NCBI RefSeq assembly: GCF_001194135.2
Contig: NC_069002.1
Coordinates: 5,000,629 to 5,032,766 of the forward strand
Direction of reading: 5' to 3'
DNA from: Octopus bimaculoides
Taxonomy: Eukaryota
DNA length: 32,138 nt
The position numbers and the translations under genes are program-made. Below the pieces are notes generated by a model. It ran no database searches. It was not told where the DNA came from and saw nothing but the letters and a program-made list of their open reading frames with translations. The stretch's first letter is position 1. The number at the start of each line of letters is the position of its first letter. Below are positions 22,306 through 32,138 of the stretch, one piece after another.

Positions 22306-22628
22306 GTAATGTCGCCCTCATGGGATGCCCGGGTGGCAAATAAAAGCACCCCCGTCACCACCATCACTACCAACATCACCAGGACTGTCACCCCGACCAT
22401 TACTAATACCATCTCGACCATCACCACCACCATCATCATCATCACCACCACCGGTGATAGGTCAGTTACTGCGGTATTCATCCTAAAAAGGCCGAAGTGT
22501 GTCTGGTGTGTCCGCTGACCGCTGCTGGGGAAATTTTTCTAACCCATTCACAAGCGATGTTACCCCAGGATGAATTTTTGCCCTATCACATATGATACGA
22601 TGATGCAGTTGCAAATGCCGGATATGTC

Positions 22629-22630
22629 TG

Positions 22631-22690
<60 letters not shown>
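22629..22690. repeat. (TCTA)n microsatellite
   Basis: Visible directly. Confidence 0.95.
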
Positions 22691-22691
<1 letters not shown>

Positions 22692-22754
22692 ACACATATA
22701 AACACACTCACACGTCTGCAGGCATCCATTGCATACATGCAAACGTGTGCGCGC

Positions 22755-22794
<40 letters not shown>

Positions 22795-22827
22795 GCATTT
22801 ATATTGTCTCTATCCTTTCCGTTCCAG

Positions 22828-22985
22828 CAATCCCTGACTCCGGTCTCTGGCAACTTGTCCATAGCCATCCTTATTGCCGATTTTGTATGCGGAGAAGACG
22901 ATGAAGTTCTAAAGACGAAACTGATATGTACAGCCATGTTTATGAGTGGATTGAGTACCTTTCTGCAGAACACGATTGGCGTTAG
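22828..22985 (+). CDS. SLC23A: SLC23-like transporter, coding exon 2 (TM1-TM2)
   Basis: Acceptor cctttccgttccAG. QSLTPVSGNLSIAILIADFVCGEDDEVLKTKLICTAMFMSGLSTFLQNTIGVR aligns with SLC23 HYLTCFSG...LADAMC...LI.T.FF..G..T.LQ.T.G.R. Donor GTATG at 22986, phase 2. Confidence 0.92.
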
Positions 22986-23510
22986 GTATGTTGAATCTTA
23001 CAAGATCTTCTTCTACAACTAAGTCTCTTAATACCTTCACATGCACCTCAAACTTTCGACGCCTTCTGAGCCTTACCACATGTTCAGCCAAAAATATCGG
23101 TACAAATGAGTTGTTTCCCCTTAAAAGAGTTACTTCCCCTTAGAGAAATTTGTGTTAGGAGTTATCTCCCATGATTGTGTAATCGCTGCAAATCGAAAGA
23201 GAACAAAAAAATCTCAAAGGTTTCCGTCGACAACACGGAAACCTTGTGTAAATGTTACATACATAGATGCATGCATATGTACATACATACATTCCAGTGA
23301 GGGAACTTTTGTCCCTTATAAACTCCGAGGGGGAATATTGGTTTCAGATTAGGGCACAATGCCAGCAATTATGGGGAGGGTTAAGTCGATCAAATCGACC
23401 CCTCCAGTGTTCAACTGGTACTTATTTCATCGACCCCGAAAGGATGACATGCTCCAGGTGACATGCAGCGGGACTGAACCCGGAGACATATGGTTGAGAA
23501 GCAAGCTTCT

Positions 23511-23740
23511 TATTTCTTTATTGCCCACAAGGGGCTAAACATAGAGGGGACAAACAAGGACAGACAAAGGGATTAAGTCGATTACATCGACCCCAGTGCG
23601 TAACTGGTACTTAATTTATCGACCCCGAAAGGATGAAAGGCAAAGTTGACCTCGGCGGAATTTGAACTCAGAACATAAAGACAGACGAAATACCACTAGG
23701 CATTTCGCCCGGCGTGCTAACGTTTCTGCCAGCTCGCCCC
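23511..23740 (-). mobile_element. tRNA-derived SINE, full length
   Basis: Minus strand begins gggcgagcTGGCAGAAACGTtagcacgccgggcg, has B-box-like GAGTTCAAATTCC and ends aataaagaaat. Related copies lie at 26527-26737, 9125-9185 and 20745-20820. Confidence 0.8.
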
Positions 23741-24294
23741 TTCTNNNNNNNNNNNNNNNNNNNNNNNNNNNNNNNNNNNNNNNNNNNNNNNNNNNNNNNN
23801 NNNNNNNNNNNNNNNNNNNNNNNNNNNNNNNNNNNNNNNNNNNNNNNNNNNNNNNNNNNNNNNNNNNNNNNNNNNNNNNNNNNNNNNNNNNNNNNNNNNN
23901 NNNNNNNNNNNNNNNNNNNNNNNNNNNNNNNNNNNNNNNNNNNNNNNNNNNNNNNNNNNNNNNNNNNNNNNNNNNNNNNNNNNNNNNNNNNNNNNNNNNN
24001 NNNNNNNNNNNNNNNNNNNNNNNNNNNNNNNNNNNNNNNNNNNNNNNNNNNNNNNNNNNNNNNNNNNNNNNNNNNNNNNNNNNNNNNNNNNNNNNNNNNN
24101 NNNNNNNNNNNNNNNNNNNNNNNNNNNNNNNNNNNNNNNNNNNNNNNNNNNNNNNNNNNNNNNNNNNNNNNNNNNNNNNNNNNNNNNNNNNNNNNNNNNN
24201 NNNNNNNNNNNNNNNNNNNNNNNNNNNNNNNNNNNNNNNNNNNNNNNNNNNNNNNNNNNNNNNNNNNNNNNNNNNNNNNNNNNNNNNNNNNNNN

Positions 24295-24337
<43 letters not shown>

Positions 24338-24754
24338 AAACGTACAAACATACACGAAAACGTACACACATACACACACGCACGCACACATGCACTCATA
24401 CACATACACACACGCACACACACATATACATTCATTAAATATTTGTTCCTCGGATAATGATGGTGGTGGTATTGGTGGCAGTGGTGGTGGTGGTGGTGAT
24501 GATGATGATGATGAATGTTGACGGTGAAAATGACGACGAGGAAGAAGATGGTGGATCTTAAAGAAGACTGTAGTAGCAGAGATAAACAGGTAGGAGGAGG
24601 GGATGATGATGATGATGACGAGGACGACGATGATGATGATTATGATGATGTGATGACGACTTTGGGGATGATGACGACGATGGTAATGTCGATAATGATG
24701 ATGAGGTCAGTTGTGATGATAGTGGTAATGGACGACTAAAACGATGATAGAAGG

Positions 24755-25045
24755 ACGACGTCACACAACAGACGACGACGGACGACGTCAGACGACGGAC
24801 GAAGACGGACGACGTCAGACGACAGACGACGACGGACGACGTCAACGACAACGGACGACGTCAACGACGACGGACGACGTCAACGACGACGGACGACGTC
24901 AGACAACAGACGACGACGGACGACGTCAACGACGACGGACGACGTCAGACGACGACGGACGACGTCAGACGACGACGGACGACGTCAGACGACAGACGAC
25001 AAGACAGCAACGACAAGAACTATGACGACGACGACGACGACGATG
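24755..25045. repeat. CpG-rich minisatellite, ~19-20-bp units GACGACGGACGACGTCA(G)AC
   Basis: About ten GGACGACGTCA cores in tandem within a GAT/GAC-rich block (24460-25065). Confidence 0.9.
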
Positions 25046-26042
25046 ATGATAATGATGATGATTAACCATATTTNNNNNNNNNNNNNNNNNNNNNNNNNNN
25101 NNNNNNNNNNNNNNNNNNNNNNNNNNNNNNNNNNNNNNNNNNNNNNNNNNNNNNNNNNNNNNNNNNNNNNNNNNNNNNNNNNNNNNNNNNNNNNNNNNNN
25201 NNNNNNNNNNNNNNNNNNNNNNNNNNNNNNNNNNNNNNNNNNNNNNNNNNNNNNNNNNNNNNNNNNNNNNNNNNNNNNNNNNNNNNNNNNNNNNNNNNNN
25301 NNNNNNNNNNNNNNNNNNNNNNNNNNNNNNNNNNNNNNNNNNNNNNNNNNNNNNNNNNNNNNNNNNNNNNNNNNNNNNNNNNNNNNNNNNNNNNNNNNNN
25401 NNNNNNNNNNNNNNNNNNNNNNNNNNNNNNNNNNNNNNNNNNNNNNNNNNNNNNNNNNNNNNNNNNNNNNNNNNNNNNNNNNNNNNNNNNNNNNNNNNNN
25501 NNNNNNNNNNNNNNNNNNNNNNNNNNNNNNNNNNNNNNNNNNNNNNNNNNNNNNNNNNNNNNNNNNNNNNNNNNNNNNNNNNNNNNNNNNNNNNNNNNNN
25601 NNNNNNNNNNNNNNNNNNNNNNNNNNNNNNNNNNNNNNNNNNNNNNNNNNNNNNNNNNNNNNNNNNNNNNNNNNNNNNNNNNNNNNNNNNNNNNNNNNNN
25701 NNNNNNNNNNNNNNNNNNNNNNNNNNNNNNNNNNNNNNNNNNNNNNNNNNNNNNNNNNNNNNNNNNNNNNNNNNNNNNNNNNNNNNNNNNNNNNNNNNNN
25801 NNNNNNNNNNNNNNNNNNNNNNNNNNNNNNNNNNNNNNNNNNNNNNNNNNNNNNNNNNNNNNNNNNNNNNNNNNNNNNNNNNNNNNNNNNNNNNNNNNNN
25901 NNNNNNNNNNNNNNNNNNNNNNNNNNNNNNNNNNNNNNNNNNNNNNNNNNNNNNNNNNNNNNNNNNNNNNNNNNNNNNNNNNNNNNNNNNNNNNNNNNNN
26001 NNNNNNNNNNNNNNNNNNNNNNNNNNNNNNNNNNNNNNNNNN

Positions 26043-26053
26043 ATTGCCATATT
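26043..26053 (+). CDS. SLC23A: SLC23-like transporter: 3' end of an exon otherwise hidden in gap 25074-26042
   Basis: ATT GCC ATA TT|GTAAGT directly after the gap. The phase-2 TT joins the C starting the 26924 exon to give IAIF-VLALG, aligning with SLC23 (HWG)IAML-TIFL. Confidence 0.6.
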
Positions 26054-26326
26054 GTAAGTCGGCTTGTTTTTGTTGTTGCTGTTCTTGTTGCTGCTGCGTA
26101 TACCCCCGTGCTTGAACCCGTGCAAGTTCAGTACCACTCTATTAGTAGTGCGGCCCTGGGAACGAGATATGAACTATGACTCTTCAGGGTTCTCTTAGAC
26201 ACACCCACCTGCACACATAAGTCTGTCTCCAGTTTATTTCTCCATAGAGAATTAAGATGGCATTGCTCTCAGTACTGACTAGTTCTATACTACATGCACG
26301 CGCGCGCACACACACACACACACACT

Positions 26327-26484
26327 CCGGGCTTCGTTCAGTTCCTTCCTACCAAATTCACTCACATGGCTTTGGTCAGCTCCAAGCTATTGCAGAAGAC
26401 ACTTGCCCAAGGTGGCATGCAGTGAGACTGAACTCGGAACCTTGTGGTTGGGAAACTAGCTTCTTAACCACACAGCCACGCCTC
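26327..26484 (-). mobile_element. tRNA-derived SINE (family of 1754-1909)
   Basis: Reverse-complement match to 1754-1909 along its length. Confidence 0.75.
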
Positions 26485-26526
26485 ATATGCTATAAAAAAA
26501 AACGAGAAAAGAAAATCTTGCTCTAT

Positions 26527-26737
26527 TGGTTTCAAACGCTGGCACTAAGACCAATAATTTCGGTGGGGAGGTGGGGGTAAATGGATAATATCGGCCTCAG
26601 TATTGGACAGGTATTTTATCGACCCATAAAGGATGCAAAGTCGACTTCCGTGGAATTTGAACTCAGAACGTAAAACTGCAAGAAACGCCCTCTAAGCATT
26701 TTTGCCGCGCGTGCTAACGATCCCGCCAGCTCGCTGT
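26527..26737 (-). mobile_element. tRNA-derived SINE (family of 23511-23740), diverged
   Basis: tttatcgaccc...gtggaatttgaactcagaacgt...gtgctaacgatcccgccagctcgc. Confidence 0.7.
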
Positions 26738-26923
26738 GTTGGAAAAAAAGTCTTGCTATATTAACACGGTAGTGCTCCAGCATGACCACAGCCGCATGGC
26801 TGAAACGAGTAAGAGAAAAGAATAACAGTGAATATAACTTGTTTCATTTTTAGAATTCACTTTATCAAAATTCTTAAAATTTCAAATTTAATAACAAATA
26901 TTACTTTGACTTTCTTCATTTAG

Positions 26924-27044
26924 CGTCCTCGCCCTCGGATTGACCCTGTCCCTCTATCTTTCGAAGTGGTCACTGCCAATTTTAGCCTGGTCAAGGAAGA
27001 AAGGATTCCATATTAAAAGGACGATGCTACACAAGACTCTGGCG
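26924..27044 (+). CDS. SLC23A: SLC23-like transporter internal exon (copy 1)
   Basis: Acceptor tttcttcatttAG. (F)VLALGLTLSLYLSKWSLPILAWSRKKGFHIKRTMLHKTLA aligns with SLC23 ..LFSQY...V.FP.P.Y..KKG...LFK.FP. Donor GTAAGC, phase 0. Confidence 0.8.
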
Positions 27045-27351
27045 GTAAGCTTTCGTTTAAAATCTNNNNNNNNNNNNNNNNNNNNNNNNNNNNNNNNNNN
27101 NNNNNNNNNNNNNNNNNNNNNNNNNNNNNNNNNNNNNNNNNNNNNNNNNNNNNNNNNNNNNNNNNNNNNNNNNNNNNNNNNNNNNNNNNNNNNNNNNNNN
27201 NNNNNNNNNNNNNNNNNNNNNNNNNNNNNNNNNNNNNNNNNNNNNNNNNNNNNNNNNNNNNNNNNNNNTTTTTTTTTTTAGAATTCACTTTATCAAAATT
27301 CTTAAAATTTCAAATTTAATAACAAATATTACTTTGACTTTCTTCATTTAG

Positions 27352-27472
27352 CGTCCTCGCCCTCGGATTGACCCTGTCCCTCTATCTTTCGAAGTGGTCA
27401 CTGCCAATTTTAGCCTGGTCAAGGAAGAAAGGATTCCATATTAAAAGGACGATGCTACACAAGACTCTGGCG
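27352..27472 (+). other. Identical second copy of the SLC23 exon at 26924-27044 (probable assembly duplication across gap 27066-27268)
   Basis: About 219 bp (26847-27065) recurs at 27275-27493, identical except for the length of the upstream T run. Confidence 0.85.
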
Positions 27473-27951
27473 GTAAGCTTTCGTTTAAAATCTTTTGATT
27501 ACTCCTCCAAAACTTGCCATATTCCTCCCCAAAATTCAACTCCGAATTGCTTCTCGCTCAATAGACTACACATTTTCGTATATAAAAATTTATAATATAT
27601 ATACACAAAAGAGGGAGTTTCAATTTTATCATTTGCTGCTGACTATATGACTGCGCCTGCGCGGTTGATTTGAAAACATAAATGTATAAGTATGCAGCAC
27701 ACGTGGAATTTCGGTGCGTATTTGCTACATAATTATATATTGCCTTAGGCGATCCCACCGACGAAGTGCAGATGAGAAATTAATTTATTTGTTCATTAAT
27801 ACAGAAACTCGAGCTTGGGATTAAATGTAAATTATTGTTATTTTCATTCTCTTTGGAATTATTTTTTTTCAATAGTCACATGTACCCTGGTTCAAAACCA
27901 GGGCTCTAAGTCTTACTTTCACTTTCGCTTTCACTTTCACTCATATTCCAG

Positions 27952-28108
27952 ATATTAATATGCATCCTGGTTGGTTGGTTGGTGTGTGGTATTTTAACAG
28001 CAACCAATGTCTTCCCGAACGATCCGACAGCGAAATCCTATAAAGCTCGAACCGACTCCCGAATTCACGTATTGAAGAACTTCAGCTGGTTTTATTTCCC
28101 GTACCCAC
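27952..28108 (+). CDS. SLC23A: SLC23-like transporter internal exon
   Basis: Acceptor tttcactcatattccAG. ILICILVGWLVCGILTATNVFPNDPTAKSYKARTDSRIHVLKNFSWFYFPYP matches SLC23 I.....W..C...T.T.VFP.....Y.ARTD.R..V.....WF..PYP. Donor GTAAGT at 28109, phase 1. Confidence 0.92.
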
Positions 28109-28243
28109 GTAAGTGTAAACTCAACCTTAAAAGTGACACTCGAAAAACAACCCCACCTCCAAAAAACAAAAAAAAAACAAAAACAAAACAAAACAAAAAC
28201 AATTTTATGTATCATTTAAATACTTAAATGGATATCTGAATTT

Positions 28244-28360
28244 ATGTATGCATGTATGTATGTAAATATGTATGTATGTATGTATGTACGTATGTATGTG
28301 TGTGTATGTGTGTATGTATGTATGTATGTATGTATGTATGTATGTATGTATGTATGTATG

Positions 28361-28393
<33 letters not shown>
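28244..28393. repeat. Compound (TATG)n-(TATC)n microsatellite
   Basis: Visible directly. Confidence 0.95.
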
Positions 28394-28394
<1 letters not shown>

Positions 28395-29255
28395 CATGGA
28401 TATATACATGTGTGTGTATGTATATGTGTGGTCTTGTACTTATATCAAAAGCAATGGACTANNNNNNNNNNNNNNNNNNNNNNNNNNNNNNNNNNNNNNN
28501 NNNNNNNNNNNNNNNNNNNNNNNNNNNNNNNNNNNNNNNNNNNNNNNNNNNNNNNNNNNNNNNNNNNNNNNNNNNNNNNNNNNNNNNNNNNNNNNNNNNN
28601 NNNNNNNNNNNNNNNNNNNNNNNNNNNNNNNNNNNNNNNNNNNNNNNNNNNNNNNNNNNNNNNNNNNNNNNNNNNNNNNNNNNNNNNNNNNNNNNNNNNN
28701 NNNNNNNNNNNNNNNNNNNNNNNNNNNNNNNNNNNNNNNNNNNNNNNNNNNNNNNNNNNNNNNNNNNNNNNNNNNNNNNNNNNNNNNNNNNNNNNNNNNN
28801 NNNNNNNNNNNNNNNNNNNNNNNNNNNNNNNNNNNNNNNNNNNNNNNNNNNNNNNNNNNNNNNNNNNNNNNNNNNNNNNNNNNNNNNNNNNNNNNNNNNN
28901 NNNNNNNNNNNNNNNNNNNNNNNNNNNNNNNNNNNNNNNNNNNNNNNNNNNNNNNNNNNNNNNNNNNNNNNNNNNNNNNNNNNNNNNNNNNNNNNNNNNN
29001 NNNNNNNNNNNNNNNNNNNNNNNNNNNNNNNNNNNNNNNNNNNNNNNNNNNNNNNNNNNNNNNNNNNNNNNNNNNNNNNNNNNNNNNNNNNNNNNNNNNN
29101 NNNNNNNNNNNNNNNNNNNNNNNNNNNNNNNNNNNNNNNNNNNNNNNNNNNNNNNNNNNNNNNNNNNNNNNNNNNNNNNNNNNNNNNNNNNNNNNNNNNN
29201 NNNNNNNNNNNNNNNNNNNNNNNNNNNNNNNNNNNNNNNNATAAAGCAAGTAAGG

Positions 29256-29750
29256 AACAAGGATGTCCAGGTATTAGTGCATTACGGCCGTTTCAAGCGG
29301 TTCCATTTAATCGATCAATGCAAGCATTACATCAATTTGAAATAAACCGCTCTCCTCAGATACATACGATTTCTAGCATACAGAATACTCCATTATAATT
29401 TTTGAGCAAATTTTTCATCAGTACTAGGGACTAGAATATATTGTTTCTCTTTGCTATTATTGTATCAGAATGAATTTAGGGAAAAAAATACCTAAAGCCT
29501 ACAATGATTTAAACTGGCTAAAAAAGTAAAAAGAAACAATGAAACAAAAAAGTAAAAAGAAACAATGTATTCTAGTCCCTAGTACTGATGAGAAATTTGC
29601 TCAAAAATTATAATGGAGTATCCTGTATGCTAGAAATCGTACGCATCTGAGGAGAGCGGTTTATTTCAAATTGATGTAATGTTTGCATTCATCGATTAAA
29701 TGGAGCCACTTGAAACGGCCGTAATGCACTAATAACTGGGAATCCTTGTT
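29256..29750. repeat. Long inverted repeat (arms of about 193 bp, ~110-bp spacer); foldback/MITE-like
   Basis: 29256-29448 versus the reverse complement of 29558-29750: about a dozen mismatches by hand alignment. Confidence 0.9.
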
Positions 29751-30820
29751 ACTTATTTACTTTTTATTCACCTACTTCGAGCTGTGCGGACAATACTGGA
29801 CAGAATTGGTGCCTCAACTTACGTACCTAATTCAACTGAATCTTNNNNNNNNNNNNNNNNNNNNNNNNNNNNNNNNNNNNNNNNNNNNNNNNNNNNNNNN
29901 NNNNNNNNNNNNNNNNNNNNNNNNNNNNNNNNNNNNNNNNNNNNNNNNNNNNNNNNNNNNNNNNNNNNNNNNNNNNNNNNNNNNNNNNNNNNNNNNNNNN
30001 NNNNNNNNNNNNNNNNNNNNNNNNNNNNNNNNNNNNNNNNNNNNNNNNNNNNNNNNNNNNNNNNNNNNNNNNNNNNNNNNNNNNNNNNNNNNNNNNNNNN
30101 NNNNNNNNNNNNNNNNNNNNNNNNNNNNNNNNNNNNNNNNNNNNNNNNNNNNNNNNNNNNNNNNNNNNNNNNNNNNNNNNNNNNNNNNNNNNNNNNNNNN
30201 NNNNNNNNNNNNNNNNNNNNNNNNNNNNNNNNNNNNNNNNNNNNNNNNNNNNNNNNNNNNNNNNNNNNNNNNNNNNNNNNNNNNNNNNNNNNNNNNNNNN
30301 NNNNNNNNNNNNNNNNNNNNNNNNNNNNNNNNNNNNNNNNNNNNNNNNNNNNNNNNNNNNNNNNNNNNNNNNNNNNNNNNNNNNNNNNNNNNNNNNNNNN
30401 NNNNNNNNNNNNNNNNNNNNNNNNNNNNNNNNNNNNNNNNNNNNNNNNNNNNNNNNNNNNNNNNNNNNNNNNNNNNNNNNNNNNNNNNNNNNNNNNNNNN
30501 NNNNNNNNNNNNNNNNNNNNNNNNNNNNNNNNNNNNNNNNNNNNNNNNNNNNNNNNNNNNNNNNNNNNNNNNNNNNNNNNNNNNNNNNNNNNNNNNNNNN
30601 NNNNNNNNNNNNNNNNNNNNNNNNNNNNNNNNNNNNNNNNNNNNNNNNNNNNNNNNNNNNNNNNNNNNNNNNNNNNNNNNNNNNNNNNNNNNNNNNNNNN
30701 NNNNNNNNNNNNNNNNNNNNNNNNNNNNNNNNNNNNNNNNNNNNNNNNNNNNNNNNNNNNNNNNNNNNNNNNNNNNNNNNNNNNNNNNNNNNNNNNNNNN
30801 NNNNNNNNNNNNNNNNNNNN

Positions 30821-30861
<41 letters not shown>

Positions 30862-31225
30862 TACATATACATATACATACATATATGTTCATTATGTATA
30901 CAATGCAACATAACCAAATCCTCTTTGATTCTCCAGACATCGATGACGTCATCATTGTCTGGAGAATTGATGCTATCTGAGTTTGTTTCTATTTTGTAGT
31001 GTTCATTAAGGGCGTCATCGCGCACGCACACACATATACGTTCATACATACACGCATACATACATACATACATACATACCACACACACACACACACACAC
31101 TCACACAAACACACACACATATATACACACGAATGCGACACACACCTATGCTTTTGTGTTAAATTACTCGTGTTTGAGTTTATACGTGTATATGTGTATG
31201 AATATGTTTATATATACACACATAC

Positions 31226-31265
<40 letters not shown>

Positions 31266-31275
31266 NNNNNNNNNN

Positions 31276-31317
<42 letters not shown>

Positions 31318-32049
31318 TACACAGAGATATAGACAGAGGGAAGGAGAGTATACGTGTGTGTGTGTGTGTGTGTGAATATAATGTTTATGTAAATATCTAT
31401 TAAGGCCGCGCGCGCACACGCATATACACGAATGCCAAAACAAACACTCACACGGACATCATAATGAACACACACACACGCATATACACACGCATACACG
31501 CGCTCACACACATCACATTTATACGTTAATACATATATACCCTAAATCCAGAACATTAAACAAAGCAGTTTTATGGGGGATAAAGAACCAGCGACATTTA
31601 TTGTGTGCGTGCGCGTGTGTATGTATTTGTGTGTGTGTGCATGTGTGTGTGTATTTCTGTGTGTATATTTCTGTGTGTGTATTTCTGTGTGTGTATGTGT
31701 GTGTGTGTGTGTGTATGTTTCTATGTGTGTATGTCAGGATGTGTGTGTACGCATATGCATATGTGTATGTATATATAAAGTTTATGTCTATGTATGTGTG
31801 TGTGTGTGTCTATATATATATAAGTATATATATATGCATATATATATGTATATATATATATTTCTATATATGTATATATATTCACATATATTGTGTGTTT
31901 ATGCGTTATGTATATATATATATATATATATAAGTATATATATATGCATATATATATATATGTATATATATATATCAATATATATATATATATAATACAT
32001 ATATATATATGATATTCATATATATGCGTTCTATATATATAATATATAT

Positions 32050-32081
<32 letters not shown>

Positions 32082-32085
32082 ATTA
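30821..32085. repeat. Extended (TA)n/(CA)n/(TG)n low-complexity region with small unique islands
   Basis: Visible directly. The ORFs here are YIYI, HTHT and VCVC artefacts. Confidence 0.85.
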
Positions 32086-32138
32086 TGCAGTGTCTACTTA
32101 TGCACGCAGACATCAATGTACATGTACTCAATAGAAAT

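Noticed and set aside
23217-23245. 11-bp perfect stem aaggtttccgt/acggaaacctt with a 7-nt loop
   Set aside because: It is short enough to be chance, and there is no downstream CTRR to make it a Helitron end.
24744-25025. 93-aa ORF of TTDDDGRRQ repeats
   Set aside because: It is a by-product of the GAC-based minisatellite, with no splice-compatible link to SLC23 and no homology.
29760-31020. Unique segments 29760-29844 and 30895-31020 as further SLC23 exons
   Set aside because: No frame resembles the expected (Q)WG.P or SIGDY motifs, and candidate acceptors lead to stops or repeats.
3093-31100. Long ORFs containing X runs, and YIYI, HTHT, CVCV, LSLS or ERER ORFs
   Set aside because: They are produced by N-gaps and di-, tri- or tetranucleotide microsatellites and have no coding signal.
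1-32138. CRISPR arrays, rRNA or genuine tRNA genes, prokaryotic operons
   Set aside because: None seen. The tRNA-like A/B boxes belong to SINE heads, and the tandem repeats lack unique spacers.

Overview
AT-rich, microsatellite-dense eukaryotic (animal) draft-genome DNA with ten N-gaps. The tRNA-derived SINE families and repeat style suggest an octopus/coleoid cephalopod scaffold; this is inference from pattern recognition, not a database result. Three spliced protein-coding genes can be built from the sequence. (1) A DOK-family PH+PTB adaptor on + (exons 5076-5460 and 7227-8209; first coding exon not found). (2) A complete 4-exon TRMT112 on - (14465 to 12117, 124 aa). (3) A partial, divergent SLC23/NAT nucleobase-ascorbate transporter on + (from 19894; several exons hidden in gaps or beyond the window). 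The remainder is transposon debris: a DD37D maT/mariner relic, an internally deleted DD34E Tc1, mariner and hAT MITEs, three Penelope-like (PLE) fragments and many SINEs, plus simple repeats. Most long ORFs in the supplied track are microsatellite or N-gap artefacts. I found no clearly novel multi-gene system. The best leads are a decayed hammerhead ribozyme behind a PLE, several unexplained intronic hairpins or inverted repeats, and a QH-to-QQ change in the SLC23 TM1 motif.
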